NCBI GenBank assembly: GCA_033764445.1
Contig: JANRIZ010000013.1
Coordinates: 1 to 45,149, forward strand
DNA from: Verrucomicrobiia bacterium
Lineage (GTDB): Bacteria > Verrucomicrobiota > Verrucomicrobiia > JAWXBN01
Reading direction: 5' to 3'
DNA length: 45,149 bases
In this document: one piece after another, positions 45,141 to 45,149 of the stretch
Layout: the number at the start of each line of letters is the position of its first letter
Position numbering within the stretch: position 1 is the first letter of the stretch
Translations under genes and position numbers: made by a program
The notes under the pieces: generated by a model
The model's database searches: none
Told to the model about the DNA's origin: nothing
Seen by the model: the letters and a program-made list of their open reading frames with translations, nothing else

Positions 45141-45149
45141 AAATCATCA

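Overview
GC-rich chromosomal segment, about 45 kb, with gene content typical of the Planctomycetes-Verrucomicrobia-Chlamydiae (PVC) group (likely Verrucomicrobia-like). The clues are a giant autotransporter-associated beta-strand-repeat (PATR-type) surface protein with 'TWDGGG' motifs and a complete Bat (Bacteroides aerotolerance-type) operon. Most of the window is housekeeping and transport: proBA (proline biosynthesis), aroE (shikimate dehydrogenase), rlmI and rsmI (rRNA methyltransferases), a rhamnulokinase, an AMP-dependent acyl-CoA ligase, an ABC substrate-binding-protein/ATPase pair, an RND efflux pump and an ammonium transporter. Two tRNA genes (Gly-TCC, Ser-CGA) flank an orphan RND efflux gene. 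The stretch I rate most interesting is 34.0-43.2 kb. A flotillin/SPFH gene is followed 51 bp later by an 1817-aa protein with a MoxR/AAA_5-type ATPase module near its C-terminus. Downstream are a small fatty-acid-hydroxylase-family membrane protein and a tandem-UspA (universal stress protein) protein. Flotillins normally pair with NfeD-family partners, so this flotillin-AAA-giant pairing looks like an uncharacterised membrane/stress module. Other items worth follow-up are listed here. Two divergently transcribed DUF4388 proteins sit immediately upstream of an Amt transporter that has an N-terminal coiled-coil extension and no GlnK partner. A 77-87-nt element with perfect 14-bp terminal inverted repeats, present twice in one convergent intergenic region, looks like a miniature inverted-repeat transposable element (MITE). 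A tandem array of paralogous small membrane proteins joined by ATGA overlaps runs off the window end. Several palindromic and direct-repeat motifs are in intergenic regions. Many long ORFs in the supplied track are antisense artefacts of the high GC content and were rejected.
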